Source: an uncultured Dehalococcoidia bacterium (lineage in GTDB: Bacteria > Chloroflexota > Dehalococcoidia > Lucifugimonadales > UBA2962). Taken from it: 64,000 bases of DNA. A program made the translations under genes and the position numbers. Every line of letters starts with the position of its first letter. The stretch's first letter is position 1. Location: contig CAZWTT010000003.1 of the NCBI GenBank assembly GCA_964637315.1, forward strand, positions 64,022-128,021, read 5' to 3'. Shown here piece by piece: positions 43,408 through 53,021 of this stretch. The notes under the pieces were generated by a model. It was given only the letters and a program-made list of their open reading frames with translations, did no database searches and had not been told where the DNA came from.

Positions 43408-45392
43408 AAACCTCCGGGTTCGCCAGTCTAGCTGGGCACTACTTCGCCGTTTTCGGTCCCTATGGCTTAGTGCTCCTGGCCGATCGTGTGGGTCGTCGCC
43501 TGTTACCCGGATGGCTTTACCGCCGCACCTGGGGCAGGCGGGACCGCTGGGACACCAGTGCGCCCGTGGGCGCGATCCCGGATCGACTCGACTCGAAGGT
43601 CTTTCTGGACCGGTTCCCCGAGGCCGTCCGTCAGATAACCGCCGCCGCCGACGAAGTCACAGGCCACAGCTTCGATTTTCTCGGGACCGGGGTATCCGAT
43701 TGGGGCAGCACCATCCGTTGGAACCGGGACGTCAACAGCGGCTATTCCTGGCCGGCAAACTTCTATACGGATCTGGATATCCGTGATGTTTACGGCACCG
43801 GCGTCGACGTCAAAATCCCGTGGGAACTGAGCCGGTTCCACCATGCTGTGGTCTTGGCTCAGGCCCATTGCCTTTCGGAGGGAGATGGATATGCCGACGA
43901 ACTCGCCGAGCAATGGGGCTCGTGGCGGGAAGCCAATCCGTTCCCTTATGGCGTGAACTGGATTTCGGCGATGGAGGCCTCGATACGGGCCGTTAATGTG
44001 CTCTACTCCGCCGCCCTCATCTCCTCCGATGCAAACGGTGAACGGCGGAGCTTGGATTCGCTTTCGACGAGCATGCGAGAGCACGGTACATTCATAGAGC
44101 GAAACCTCGAGGTCGGAGCGGGTCCGGAAGGCTTGGTCACTGGCAACCATTACCTGGCCAACCTGTGCGGGCTCGCCTGCATCGGCCTGGCACTGCCCGA
44201 TCTGCCCGAATCCGGTCGGTGGCGTCGAGCGGGTCTTTCCGGTCTCGAAAGTGAGGCCCGGCGGCAGGTGCTGCCCGATGGTTTCTTTTGGGAAGGCTCC
44301 ACGTCTTACCATCGCCTTGTGCTCGAGCTCTTGTTGGTCCCGGCTCTGATTGCCCGCCGCACCGGTGTGGACTTGGGAATCGGGTATTGGGCAACACTGG
44401 AGAGGATGTGTGAGGTGGTCATGCGCCTGATCGGTCCGGCTGGCGGAGTTCCCATCATCGGCGACAACGACGACGGACGGCTGCTCATAACCTCCGGCTA
44501 TCCGGGCTGGCGGCGTAGCGATCACCGCTACCTACTCGCGATAGGGGCCGCGCTCTTCTCCCGGCCCGACATGAAGGGGGCCGCGGGTCCAGCGCATCCC
44601 GACTTGTTCTGGCTACTGGGTGAGGACGGGGTGCGTGACTTCGAAGCGTTGCCTTCCAAGCCGTCCAGCGTGCCAAGTCAGGCCTTCGTGGACGGCGGCC
44701 TGTGTGTCCTACGAGGAGACCGCGACGGCGATTTCGCGGTGCTGCGATCAGGTGGCGCGGTACACGGCGCTCCCACCGGCCACCTGCACAACGACGCCCT
44801 GTCGCTTGAGTTATGGCTCGACGGGGAGGCGGTGACAGTCGATCCGGGAACACTCGCTTACACCTCCGACTCGGTGGCACGGGACGAACTGCGTTCGACG
44901 CTCGCTCACGCCACGGTTTCGTTGAACGGCGGCGAGCAGAACTGCATGGTTCCCGGTTCCCCCTTCGAGCTTGGTATCGAAACCGATGTCGAGCTACTCG
45001 AATGCCGGACTAATGAAACCACATCCGTCGCCACGGTGAGAGCCTATTGGCGCGGTGGCGGAACCCACGTCCGGAGGGTAGCGCACGACCGCCATACCGG
45101 AGACTGGCGTGTGGAGGACACGGTGACGGGTGCCGACAGGGCCACGTGGAGTTGGCCGTTGGCCCCGGGCAGGGCGGCCCTGGGAGCCCGTGTGGAGGCC
45201 AACTTCCCGTGGGCAGAGTCCGTCCAACAAGGCCGTATGGCGCCCTCATACGGTGTTGAAGCTCCGATCCGCATAATTCGGCATGAAGGCACGCTACATG
45301 GAGAGGGCAGGGCGATCTTCACCTTCCAGGTTCCTCATAAAGCGACCGACCGGTCCACGACTGGCGGCAGCAAGGTGGGCGCTCGTGAGTAA
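43404..45392 (+). CDS. heparinase II/III-like (alginate-lyase-fold) protein
   Basis: FDFLG...WELSRFHH (N-domain) and GHLHNDALSLELWLDGEAVTVDPGT (C-domain). TTG at 43404 overlaps the asnB-like stop (TTGA). The track start at 43371 is an alternative. Confidence 0.7.
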   Translation: MKTSGFASLAGHYFAVFGPYGLVLLADRVGRRLLPGWLYRRTWGRRDRWDTSAPVGAIPDRLDSKVFLDRFPEAVRQITAAADEVTGHSFDFLGTGVSDWGSTIRWNRDVNSGYSWPANFYTDLDIRDVYGTGVDVKIPWELSRFHHAVVLAQAHCLSEGDGYADELAEQWGSWREANPFPYGVNWISAMEASIRAVNVLYSAALISSDANGERRSLDSLSTSMREHGTFIERNLEVGAGPEGLVTGNHYLANLCGLACIGLALPDLPESGRWRRAGLSGLESEARRQVLPDGFFWEGSTSYHRLVLELLLVPALIARRTGVDLGIGYWATLERMCEVVMRLIGPAGGVPIIGDNDDGRLLITSGYPGWRRSDHRYLLAIGAALFSRPDMKGAAGPAHPDLFWLLGEDGVRDFEALPSKPSSVPSQAFVDGGLCVLRGDRDGDFAVLRSGGAVHGAPTGHLHNDALSLELWLDGEAVTVDPGTLAYTSDSVARDELRSTLAHATVSLNGGEQNCMVPGSPFELGIETDVELLECRTNETTSVATVRAYWRGGGTHVRRVAHDRHTGDWRVEDTVTGADRATWSWPLAPGRAALGARVEANFPWAESVQQGRMAPSYGVEAPIRIIRHEGTLHGEGRAIFTFQVPHKATDRSTTGGSKVGARE

Positions 45393-46644
45393 GCCCCCGG
45401 ATGAGCCTACAAACAAAAAGGTGCTGTTCATGCACCGGGGCGGCGGTATCGGAGGCGCCCCGGTAAGCCTTCTGCAATTGGCGGCACGTCTCGACCCGGA
45501 CGATTACACTGCGAAAATCATCTTCTCGGAGCCGGGTGCGATGATCGACCTGGCCGACCGGGCGGGCGTCGCTACCGGGCTGCTGCCCATGCGGGGGGCG
45601 TTCCTCTACGGAGCACAGGTGCCGATCAGGCCTCGCAGGCTGTTGCCCGCTCTGGCCGGCTTCCGGGGCACCGTCGCGGGGGCGAGTACTCTGCTGCGGG
45701 CCGAGCGTCCGGACCTCGTTCACCTCAACACCGCCGGACTGCTGCCCCTCGGCGTCGCTGCCCGGAGGGAGGGGGTGCGGATCGTCTGGCATATCAGGGA
45801 GGTAGTCAACCCGGGTACGGCGGTCGGCCGCTGGCTGGCTGGCCGGATATTCCAGATGGCCGACCAGGTGGTCGCAGCCTCGGAGTACGTGGCTTCCGGC
45901 CTGCCCTCAGGTGACAAGGTGTCGGTGGTGTACAACGCCGTGGATTCATCCCATTTCGACCCAGACAGGGTAGACGGGACCGAGGTCCGCTCTCGCCTGG
46001 GAATCGACGAATCGGCTGTCGTGGTGGGTATACTGGGCTCCGTGCAGAACGTAAAAGGGCACTTCGTGCTCGTTGATGCAGCGCGCAAGATGCTGTCGAA
46101 AAACCCGAACATGGTTTTCATGGTCGTCGGCGGAGGTGCCTCTGAAGGCTACCGGCAGAGTTGGAGGGGCCGGCTGAAGTCGACCCTCGGTATGCCGAGG
46201 GACAACGAGGAGCGTCTCAGGCGTGTCGTCGGCCACGACGGGACGAGTCAGAACTTCCGGTTTTGCGGGTACCAGGCCGACGTGGCGCCGTTCGTGGCCG
46301 CGATGGACGTGGTCGCCTCGCCCAACCTGGCACCGGAGGGATTTGGGAGACCTCTCATAGAGGCCATGGCGATGGCCCGCCCGGTGGTGGCCTCGGACAT
46401 AGGCCCGAGCCGGGAGATATTGGGCGACGGAACCAGTGTGTTTTGCGATCCTGGGGACGCCGATAAGCTGGTGCAGGCACTCGACCGCCTGGCGTCCGAT
46501 CCCGCCCTCGCACATGGCATGGGCCAAACCGGTCGAGAGCGTGCCGTGAGCATGTTCGATATCGACCGCCATGTGCGTGCTGTGAGCGGTGTGTACGAAG
46601 TGGCGCTGAGCGCCGAAAAGACTGCCCCGGTTCCGGCGGTATAA
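45385..46644 (+). CDS. GT4-family glycosyltransferase
   Basis: EGFGRPLIEAMAMARPVVASDIGPSREIL (E-x7-E). GTG at 45385 overlaps the upstream stop. The track start at 45283 lies inside the previous gene. Confidence 0.85.
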   Translation: MSKPPDEPTNKKVLFMHRGGGIGGAPVSLLQLAARLDPDDYTAKIIFSEPGAMIDLADRAGVATGLLPMRGAFLYGAQVPIRPRRLLPALAGFRGTVAGASTLLRAERPDLVHLNTAGLLPLGVAARREGVRIVWHIREVVNPGTAVGRWLAGRIFQMADQVVAASEYVASGLPSGDKVSVVYNAVDSSHFDPDRVDGTEVRSRLGIDESAVVVGILGSVQNVKGHFVLVDAARKMLSKNPNMVFMVVGGGASEGYRQSWRGRLKSTLGMPRDNEERLRRVVGHDGTSQNFRFCGYQADVAPFVAAMDVVASPNLAPEGFGRPLIEAMAMARPVVASDIGPSREILGDGTSVFCDPGDADKLVQALDRLASDPALAHGMGQTGRERAVSMFDIDRHVRAVSGVYEVALSAEKTAPVPAV

Positions 46645-46667
46645 TTACGATTTACGGTTTAAGTTAG

Positions 46668-47582
46668 GTGCAAGTGAAAAGCCATACGAGCGTTAATACA
46701 GGGGGTGATAGCGTGACGGTCGTCATTCCCGCCTTCAATGAAGAGGATGCCGTTGCGACCGTCGTTGAGGCCCTGCTAAAGGTCCTGGAAAACTCCGGTT
46801 TGCGCCACGAGGTGCTTGTGGTGGACGACGGTTCTTCAGACTCGACGGCTGACGCCGCCGAAGGCGCCGGTGCGAGGGTCGTGCGGCATCGCATCAACCG
46901 TGGTTACGGGGCGGCCATCAAGTCTGGCATGAGAGCCGCGGCTTACGACCTTATCTGCATCACCGACGCCGATGGTACATACCCGTCAGAAGCCATCCCA
47001 GCACTGGTCGAGGCCGCCCACGACGGGGCCGATATGGCCGTCGCCTCCCGTACCGGTGCGAATGTCAGCATCCCGCTGGTGCGGCGACCGGCCAAATGGG
47101 TCATCCGCAAGATGGCGGAAGCCGTCGCAGGCATACCCATTCCAGACATCAATTCAGGGCTCCGTGTATTCCGCCGTAGTCAGGCCAGAGCCTATCTTGG
47201 CATCCTTCCTGACGGCTTTTCCTTTACCACCACCATCACCCTTGCCTTGCTGAGCGATGGCTACGAGGTTGCCTACCGGTCCATCGACTACGGCGAGAGG
47301 GTGGGGCGATCTAAGATTCGACCCGTGCGTGACACCCTCAATTTCGCCGGCCTAGTTGTGCGCATCGCGTTGTACTTCGTCCCACTCAAGTTCTTCCTGC
47401 CCGTTAGCGCCTTCCTGCTCGCCGTGGCCGTCGCCTGGGCGCTCGTGAGCAAGCTCGTGCTCGGCGCCCTGGCCGACGTCTCCAGCGTGATACTGGTGAT
47501 GGTCGCGATACAGGTGGCGGTTGTGGGACTTCTGGCCGAGATGATCAACCGGCGGCTGCCGGGCCGCTACAAGGACAGCTAG
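46668..47582 (+). CDS. GT2 polyprenyl-phosphate glycosyltransferase (DPM1/GtrB-like) with two C-terminal TM helices
   Basis: VTVVIPAFNEE, VVDDGSSDST, ITDADG (DxD) and a C-terminal TM pair. An alternative GTG start at 46713 is preceded by GGGGGTGA. Confidence 0.88.
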   Translation: MQVKSHTSVNTGGDSVTVVIPAFNEEDAVATVVEALLKVLENSGLRHEVLVVDDGSSDSTADAAEGAGARVVRHRINRGYGAAIKSGMRAAAYDLICITDADGTYPSEAIPALVEAAHDGADMAVASRTGANVSIPLVRRPAKWVIRKMAEAVAGIPIPDINSGLRVFRRSQARAYLGILPDGFSFTTTITLALLSDGYEVAYRSIDYGERVGRSKIRPVRDTLNFAGLVVRIALYFVPLKFFLPVSAFLLAVAVAWALVSKLVLGALADVSSVILVMVAIQVAVVGLLAEMINRRLPGRYKDS

Positions 47583-49252
47583 TGCCAGACGGCCGAGCCC
47601 CTCGCGAAGCCTACGCACGCCTGGCCCTGGATCAGGTGCCCCGACTGCTGGGCAACCTGGACCGCAACCCGTTCTCACCTACCTACGGATGCTTTCACCG
47701 CGACTACTGGCTCGAAAAAACCTCCGACTTCCCGGACGCAGTCAGGCAGTTCTCCGTCCACGCCCTGGCGCTGGTCTACTCGCACGACATGCCGGGCAAC
47801 CCGTACAGAGGCAACGCTCACGTCCGGGACTGGACCGTAGCGGCACTCGACTTCTGGGCGAACATTCAGCACGGGGACGGCAGCTTCGACGAGTTCTATC
47901 CCTACGAACGGGGCTGGGTCGGCCCCTCCGCATTCACGGCCTATGCAAGTGCGGAGGCTTTCGCCCTGCTCCGTGACGAGATGCCCGACGGCGTCTCAGC
48001 CCGCGTTACGACCGCTTTGCGAAAGGCGGCCCTGTTCATTGGGGCCGGTGAATCGGAGCAGGACCACCTCGGCAATCACCACGCCATGGCCTGCTTGGCG
48101 GTGAATACGGTGTCTCGTGTGCTCGACGACGACACTCTGGAGCCGGCCTACCAGCGCCTGTGGCAGGGCTTCCTGACCTACTACGACTGGGACGAAGGCT
48201 GGTGCCGGGAGTACGACGGCCCGGACCCGGGTTACCTTTCCGCGGTCGTGTCGTTTTTAGGCAAGATCTACGCCCACAATCCGGAACCGGAGCTGAAAGA
48301 GGTAATCGAGGGCGCGGTCCGCACCTGTGCTCACTTCCTCTACCCGGACGGAGGCTACGCCGGTACCCTGGGAAGTCGAAACACGGTTCATTTCTACCCC
48401 CACGGCTTCGAACTCATGGCGCCGGACGTTCCCCTGGCCGCAGCCATCGCTGAGAAGGCGCTGGTGTCCATCGCCTGGGGCGGACTGGTGCCACCGCCTG
48501 TCATGTCCGACCGCTACGTCGTGTACAGGGTGCCCGAGTACCTGCAGGCGTACCTGGACTACGGCGCAAGGCCAACACAGTTGCCTCCGTTACCCTCGGA
48601 AACCGAAGGACAGCGCACGGTCCTAGCCAGGGCCGGTGTCGCCTCCCGCACCGAGGGTCGGATGTACACGGTCGCCAACCTGGCGAAGGGGGGTCCCCTA
48701 AAGGTGTTTGACCGCACGAGGGGCCGCTCTCTACTGAACGACGCCGGGTTGATCGGTAGGCTGGCCTCCGGACGCACCTTCACCACGCAGTGGATAGACT
48801 CGGACAACCGGGTGTCCATCGAGGACGATAGGTGGTCGGTAGACGGCATCGCGGGCTACGTTCCCTCGGCGAAAGTCTTCACGCCCTTGAAGGGGCTCAT
48901 CTTCCGGGCCGTCATGGTCGCGGTGGGTTGGAACCCAGGCCTCTCGCACCTGGTTAAAGGCCGGATCAGGAAAACGCTTATCCTGACCCGTAAGCAGGCT
49001 CCGGTGCGCTTTTCACGCTTGCTGGCGTTCGAAAAGGACTCGGTGAGGGTTACCGATACCGTGATGCTTGACGCCGGTGCCCATGTCCAGAGCATGCGCA
49101 TAGGGGGAGAGTTCCACGTCCGCTACGTTCCCCAGAGCCGCTACTTCCAGCCGCACGAGCTAGACGACGGAGCCCTCCACCTCACCGATTCCGAACTGGC
49201 CTCCCTAAACAACGATCGCCGTTTGACCATTGAGAGGGTGGTCTCGCCTTGA
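47582..49252 (+). CDS. hypothetical protein (possible alpha/alpha-toroid N-domain + beta-rich C-domain)
   Basis: 556-aa ORF with a GTG start overlapping the GT2 stop by 1 nt. I recognised no family. The sequence has a periodic aromatic/Gly pattern (HGDGSFDEFYPYERGW...YPDGGYAGTLGSRN). Confidence 0.6.
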   Translation: MPDGRAPREAYARLALDQVPRLLGNLDRNPFSPTYGCFHRDYWLEKTSDFPDAVRQFSVHALALVYSHDMPGNPYRGNAHVRDWTVAALDFWANIQHGDGSFDEFYPYERGWVGPSAFTAYASAEAFALLRDEMPDGVSARVTTALRKAALFIGAGESEQDHLGNHHAMACLAVNTVSRVLDDDTLEPAYQRLWQGFLTYYDWDEGWCREYDGPDPGYLSAVVSFLGKIYAHNPEPELKEVIEGAVRTCAHFLYPDGGYAGTLGSRNTVHFYPHGFELMAPDVPLAAAIAEKALVSIAWGGLVPPPVMSDRYVVYRVPEYLQAYLDYGARPTQLPPLPSETEGQRTVLARAGVASRTEGRMYTVANLAKGGPLKVFDRTRGRSLLNDAGLIGRLASGRTFTTQWIDSDNRVSIEDDRWSVDGIAGYVPSAKVFTPLKGLIFRAVMVAVGWNPGLSHLVKGRIRKTLILTRKQAPVRFSRLLAFEKDSVRVTDTVMLDAGAHVQSMRIGGEFHVRYVPQSRYFQPHELDDGALHLTDSELASLNNDRRLTIERVVSP

Positions 49253-49929
49253 CCGACGCGCTGCCCCACGGCGTCTACGGTCCCGAGTACTACTACGGTC
49301 GCCTCGATAATCGGGCGCTCAAATACCGCCTCCGACGCCGCACCGACGAGGTCCGCAGAGCGGTGGAGACCCACCTGGATAGGCCACCGGCCACGGTCAT
49401 AGATGTCGGCACCGCAGACGCCCTCATGCTCGGCCTGCTGGACGGTGGCTGGCCTGGTGCCACCTTCGTTGGTCTGGAGATGAACGGCGACCTGCTCCGC
49501 GCTTCGGAAGTACCCGGCGCACACAAGGTCATTGGCGATGCGGTCCACCTGCCGTTGGCGAGCGGCGTCGCGGATGTGGTGGTTGCGACGGCGGTCATCG
49601 AGCACCTGGACGAGCCAGGTCTCCTAGTCGCCGAATGCCGCCGCGCGCTCGCCCCCGGCGGGGTGCTGGTCATCACCACGCCCGACCCGATGATGGAGCG
49701 CATCTCCGTCGCAGTCGGCCTGCTTAAGGGGGCCGGGCACCAACACACCTTCGACCTCAAGTCTCTGCGCTCGACAATTACAGAGGCTGGTCTGACCGTT
49801 GTCGAAACACGGAAATTCATGTTTTCGCCAGTCGGTTTCCCGGCCGAGCGCTCGATCGAGCGTGTTTTCGGTCCGCTCGGGCTGAGCCTGGTCATGGCCA
49901 ACCAGATCGCCGTTGGCAGAGCCGGCTAG
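49249..49929 (+). CDS. class I SAM-dependent methyltransferase
   Basis: VIDVGTADA (motif I) and LAPGGVLVITTP. The TTG start overlaps the upstream stop (TTGA). Confidence 0.8.
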   Translation: MTDALPHGVYGPEYYYGRLDNRALKYRLRRRTDEVRRAVETHLDRPPATVIDVGTADALMLGLLDGGWPGATFVGLEMNGDLLRASEVPGAHKVIGDAVHLPLASGVADVVVATAVIEHLDEPGLLVAECRRALAPGGVLVITTPDPMMERISVAVGLLKGAGHQHTFDLKSLRSTITEAGLTVVETRKFMFSPVGFPAERSIERVFGPLGLSLVMANQIAVGRAG

Positions 49930-50889
49930 ATGAAACTGGTTTTGAGGAACTGGCCCCGGCTGCTCGGTGTGGCGCTGGTCGTGGTTTTGCTCGTGAGAAT
50001 CGATCTGGCTGGCGTCTCCGACACATTGGGTGACGCCCACGTCGTCGGCCTTCTCATCGCCTTCGTGCTTTTGCTGCCGCTGGTTCTGCTCAAGTCGATG
50101 CGTTGGCAGCTCATCCTGGCCGTGCAGGGGGTCCGCCTCGGCACGATTCCCGCCTATCTCTCGTATCTGGGCAGCATGTTTCTCGGCGTCGTGACTCCGG
50201 GGCGGGTAGGGGAGTTCGCCCGCATCTTCCACGTCACCGAGAAGCATGGGGTGTCACGTACGTTGGCCTTCTCCAGCATCTTGGCCGACCGACTCTTCGA
50301 TCTCTACCTGCTATTGATCCTGGGCGCGTTGGCGCTCGCTGCGATCACGGATGGGGGAGTGCGGATCGTGGTCATCGTCGCCATAGCGGTCGCGGCCGGT
50401 ATCCCCCTGGTCGCCGTCGCTAGCGACAGGGTCTTCGGCTGGGCCCTGGTACCGGTGCGGTGGGGTAGGGCGCGTGTCCACAAAATGCCCTGGCGGCTGT
50501 TCGATCTGCTGGTCGAGGTACGAACCGGTCTGCGGTCCGTCACCGGTCCGGCCTTGGTGGTCTCGGCCCTTCTCACAGTCGCCGCGTATGCGGTGTTCTT
50601 TACTCAGGCCTACATCATCGCCCGTTCGGCGGGTATCGACGCCGGCTTCGTGACCGTTAGCTTGGTCATCGCTCTGGGGAGTTTGGTCGCCGTCCTCCCG
50701 ATATCGATATCGGGCTTGGGTACGAGAGACGCGGTGATCGTTGCCTATCTCGGCGCGGAGGGCGTAGCAGGGGATTCCGCGTTGGGTTTCTCGATCCTCA
50801 TCTTCCTCGTTTTCGTCGTCGGCAGCGGTCTCATCGGCGCTGCGGCATGGCTCGTAAAGCCCGTGAAACTCGGTGCGCTCAAGCCGTGA
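49930..50889 (+). CDS. flippase-like polytopic membrane protein (lysyl-PG synthase TM-region / UPF0104-like)
   Basis: 319 aa with about 8 TM segments, KSMRWQLIL and TPGRVGEFAR. The ATG directly abuts the methyltransferase stop. Confidence 0.72.
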   Translation: MKLVLRNWPRLLGVALVVVLLVRIDLAGVSDTLGDAHVVGLLIAFVLLLPLVLLKSMRWQLILAVQGVRLGTIPAYLSYLGSMFLGVVTPGRVGEFARIFHVTEKHGVSRTLAFSSILADRLFDLYLLLILGALALAAITDGGVRIVVIVAIAVAAGIPLVAVASDRVFGWALVPVRWGRARVHKMPWRLFDLLVEVRTGLRSVTGPALVVSALLTVAAYAVFFTQAYIIARSAGIDAGFVTVSLVIALGSLVAVLPISISGLGTRDAVIVAYLGAEGVAGDSALGFSILIFLVFVVGSGLIGAAAWLVKPVKLGALKP

Positions 50890-51038
50890 AGGGTCTGCGA
50901 AAGCTCGTCGAGAGCCGGGTCGGGATGATCGGATTGACCATCGCAGTCGCCTGGATTGGAGCCGTCTTCGGTTTCTACTTCTCTTTCAAAGCGAGGGAGA
51001 TCTGGCCCAAGGTGGTCGAGGTGCTCGGGGGCGGCTGA
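50886..51038 (+). CDS. small single-TM protein S1 (paralogous to S2 and S3), immediately upstream of GT-C 1
   Basis: GTG overlaps the upstream stop (GTGA). Sequence: VKGLRKLVESRVGMIGLTIAVAWIGAVFGFYFSFKAREIWPKVVEVLGGG*. The track lists a longer version, 50847-51038. Confidence 0.5.
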   Translation: MKGLRKLVESRVGMIGLTIAVAWIGAVFGFYFSFKAREIWPKVVEVLGGG

Positions 51039-51039
51039 A

Positions 51040-52845
51040 TTGTTCGTCGTCGACCTGTTGGTGGCCGGGCTGGTGGCGATGTCCGCCTGGGGACTCGGCC
51101 GCATCCTGCTGAAGCTGTCGGGATTGGCTCCGAGCCACCGTTCGACCCGTGTCGTCCTGTCGGCCGGACTCGGCTTCGGTGTGCTCGTATACCTGCAGAT
51201 GATATTGGGGTTCGCTGGCGCCTTCGACCGCTCTGTGGCCTGGGGCGTGCTCGGCAGCATGGCCCTCGTGGGCCTGGCCGGTGCGGTCCGATGGCGCCCG
51301 GTTCTCCCATCGCCCGGCATCCGTGGTGTGACAATTGGCCGCCACTGGCCGTACCTCGGCGTCGGCGCGGCGATCGTGGTGTACGCGGTTGGCTACCTGA
51401 TAGTGGCGATGGCGCCGACGTTGGAGGGCGACTCGCTGGCCGGGTATCTCGTCACCGCCAGGGACTACGCCCGCGAGGGGGCCATCGTGCCGGTGGAGTA
51501 CGCCTATAACAGCGTCTTCCCTGCCAACGGCCAGATGCTGTCGACCTTCGGTTACCTGCTGAAGGGCCAGATCGCCGCCCAGCTTATTCTCAGCTGGACA
51601 ATGGGGATATTGGCGGCCGGCGTCGTGTACACCATCGGCCGGACCTGGCTCTCCAGTCGGGCCGCGCTCGTGGGCGTCGGGCTCTGGTACGCGATGACCT
51701 CGGTCGCGTACTTGGCCGCGTCCGGCAAGATAGACCTCGCTTGGGCGGCGTTCGACCTGTTGTCGCTGCTTGCCTTTAGCCACTGGTACTTCGCCACAAA
51801 GGGTTGTCGTGACTGGCGCTGGCTGGCGCTTGCGGGCCTGTTCTTGGGCCTTGCCGGTGGTGTCAAACAGGCGAGTGTCTTTACCGCCTTCGCCATGGCC
51901 GTTGGCATCTCCTATCGCCTCGTGTTAGATCGTGATACCGACGTTCGCAGCTGGACGCTGGCCTACGTTCCCCTGGCGCTGCTGGCCGTCCCCGCCGTCA
52001 TCTGGGTGGCCCGGGCTCTGGTGCTGGCCGACTCGCTCGGCTTCACCGGGGCGAACCTGAATAACGACAGCGGCGCGGGAGGCTTTTTCAAGGCGATCTG
52101 GGACATGTCGATGCTGGGCAACGCCGGTGATACCGAGGGCCCCAACGGAAAGTCGATCGGTCCGACCGTACTGGCCGTCGTGCCGTTGCTCATAGTGTTC
52201 CGCAACGTGGATCGCCGGATTTGGCACATGCTCGCCTTCGCCCTGTTGATGGTCATCGTGTGGTTCTTCGCCGTCCAGCGTGCGCGCCATCTGCTGCCGA
52301 CACTCGGCCTGCTGGCCCTGGTCGCCGGGTACGTGGTGGCGCTCATGATCGAGTGGCGGCCCATGGTCGGTCGTACGCTGACGCTCGTCCTTTTGGCTGC
52401 ATTGACAGTCAACTTCGCGACCTGGGGTTGGGTGAACTTCGTGTCCCTAGATCATGCGACGAGGGCCTTCAACGTTAAGACCGACGACGAGTTCTTCCGG
52501 CGCAACCTTCCGGAGCTGCCCTGGTATCCGAACGCGACCGTCACAGCCTTCGCGCGCGATGAGACCCCGGTCACCGCGGTACTGGCAGCGCCCTCGGGCT
52601 CCAACGGCCTCTACATGGAGCGAACACTGCTCCAGAACCGGTTCCAGTCGGAGGCCGACGTGGCCGACGCGGACGAGTTCGTGGCCGGGCTCAGGGCCGA
52701 CGGAGTGACCCACGTCTATGTAAACGACTTCGTGGTCGGCCAGCGCGGCCACGAGCAGGCTTGGCTAGCTCGACTCGATTTCCAGGCTCGCTATCTGACC
52801 GAACTGGCGTGCGATGCCGGCCAGTGCCTCTACGAGCTGAAGTGA
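51040..52845 (+). CDS. GT-C-fold-like polytopic membrane glycosyltransferase, paralog 1 (ArnT/PMT-like)
   Basis: More than 10 TM segments. The first-loop acidic motif is APTLEGDSLAGYL...Y.REG. The C-terminal soluble domain contains GVTHVYV. TTG at 51040 follows the S1 stop by 1 nt. The track start at 50956 overlaps S1. Confidence 0.7.
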   Translation: MFVVDLLVAGLVAMSAWGLGRILLKLSGLAPSHRSTRVVLSAGLGFGVLVYLQMILGFAGAFDRSVAWGVLGSMALVGLAGAVRWRPVLPSPGIRGVTIGRHWPYLGVGAAIVVYAVGYLIVAMAPTLEGDSLAGYLVTARDYAREGAIVPVEYAYNSVFPANGQMLSTFGYLLKGQIAAQLILSWTMGILAAGVVYTIGRTWLSSRAALVGVGLWYAMTSVAYLAASGKIDLAWAAFDLLSLLAFSHWYFATKGCRDWRWLALAGLFLGLAGGVKQASVFTAFAMAVGISYRLVLDRDTDVRSWTLAYVPLALLAVPAVIWVARALVLADSLGFTGANLNNDSGAGGFFKAIWDMSMLGNAGDTEGPNGKSIGPTVLAVVPLLIVFRNVDRRIWHMLAFALLMVIVWFFAVQRARHLLPTLGLLALVAGYVVALMIEWRPMVGRTLTLVLLAALTVNFATWGWVNFVSLDHATRAFNVKTDDEFFRRNLPELPWYPNATVTAFARDETPVTAVLAAPSGSNGLYMERTLLQNRFQSEADVADADEFVAGLRADGVTHVYVNDFVVGQRGHEQAWLARLDFQARYLTELACDAGQCLYELK

Positions 52846-53021
52846 TCCAGCGACTGTTAAAAAAAAGAACCACACCCGGCCCCCGCGCTAGGCGTGCGTT
52901 CCTGATCGCCGCCGCACTGTGGCTGGTGGGCATCCAGATCTACTTCTACGTCGACCTGCTCATCGAGCGTCGCGGCCAGGTGTCGAGCGTGCTCAGCAGG
53001 CTCGTGGACCTGTTCGGCTGA
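52842..53021 (+). CDS. small single-TM protein S2
   Basis: GTG overlaps the GT-C 1 stop (GTGA). Sequence: VIQRLLKKRTTPGPRARRAFLIAAALWLVGIQIYFYVDLLIERRGQVSSVLSRLVDLFG*. It contains an A8 run at 52859-52866. Its stop overlaps the GT-C 2 ATG (TGATG). Confidence 0.5.
   Translation: MIQRLLKKRTTPGPRARRAFLIAAALWLVGIQIYFYVDLLIERRGQVSSVLSRLVDLFG

Noticed and set aside
43503-44525. 340-aa antisense ORF. Similar long antisense ORFs lie at 55852-56625, 59461-60264, 60014-60808, 41323-42225 and 901-1587.
   Set aside because: All lie opposite ORFs with clear family motifs and themselves show no motifs. In sequence this GC-rich, stop-poor antisense frames are expected.
50956-51039. Upstream extensions of the GT-C ORFs given by the six-frame track (50956 for paralog 1, 52919 for paralog 2), and of the SDR (25695), the GT4 (45283) and the regulator (37119).
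   Set aside because: The extensions overlap neighbouring supported ORFs, are Arg/Pro-rich and lack hydrophobic character. Downstream starts that abut or overlap the preceding stop fit the locus-wide coupling pattern better. The start choices remain inferences.
52859-52866. A8 homopolymer inside small ORF S2, considered as a phase-variation switch.
   Set aside because: It encodes Lys-Lys in a basic N-terminal stretch (LLKKRT), and the frame is intact. There is no evidence of length heterogeneity from a single sequence. It is noted only as a site to inspect in reads.
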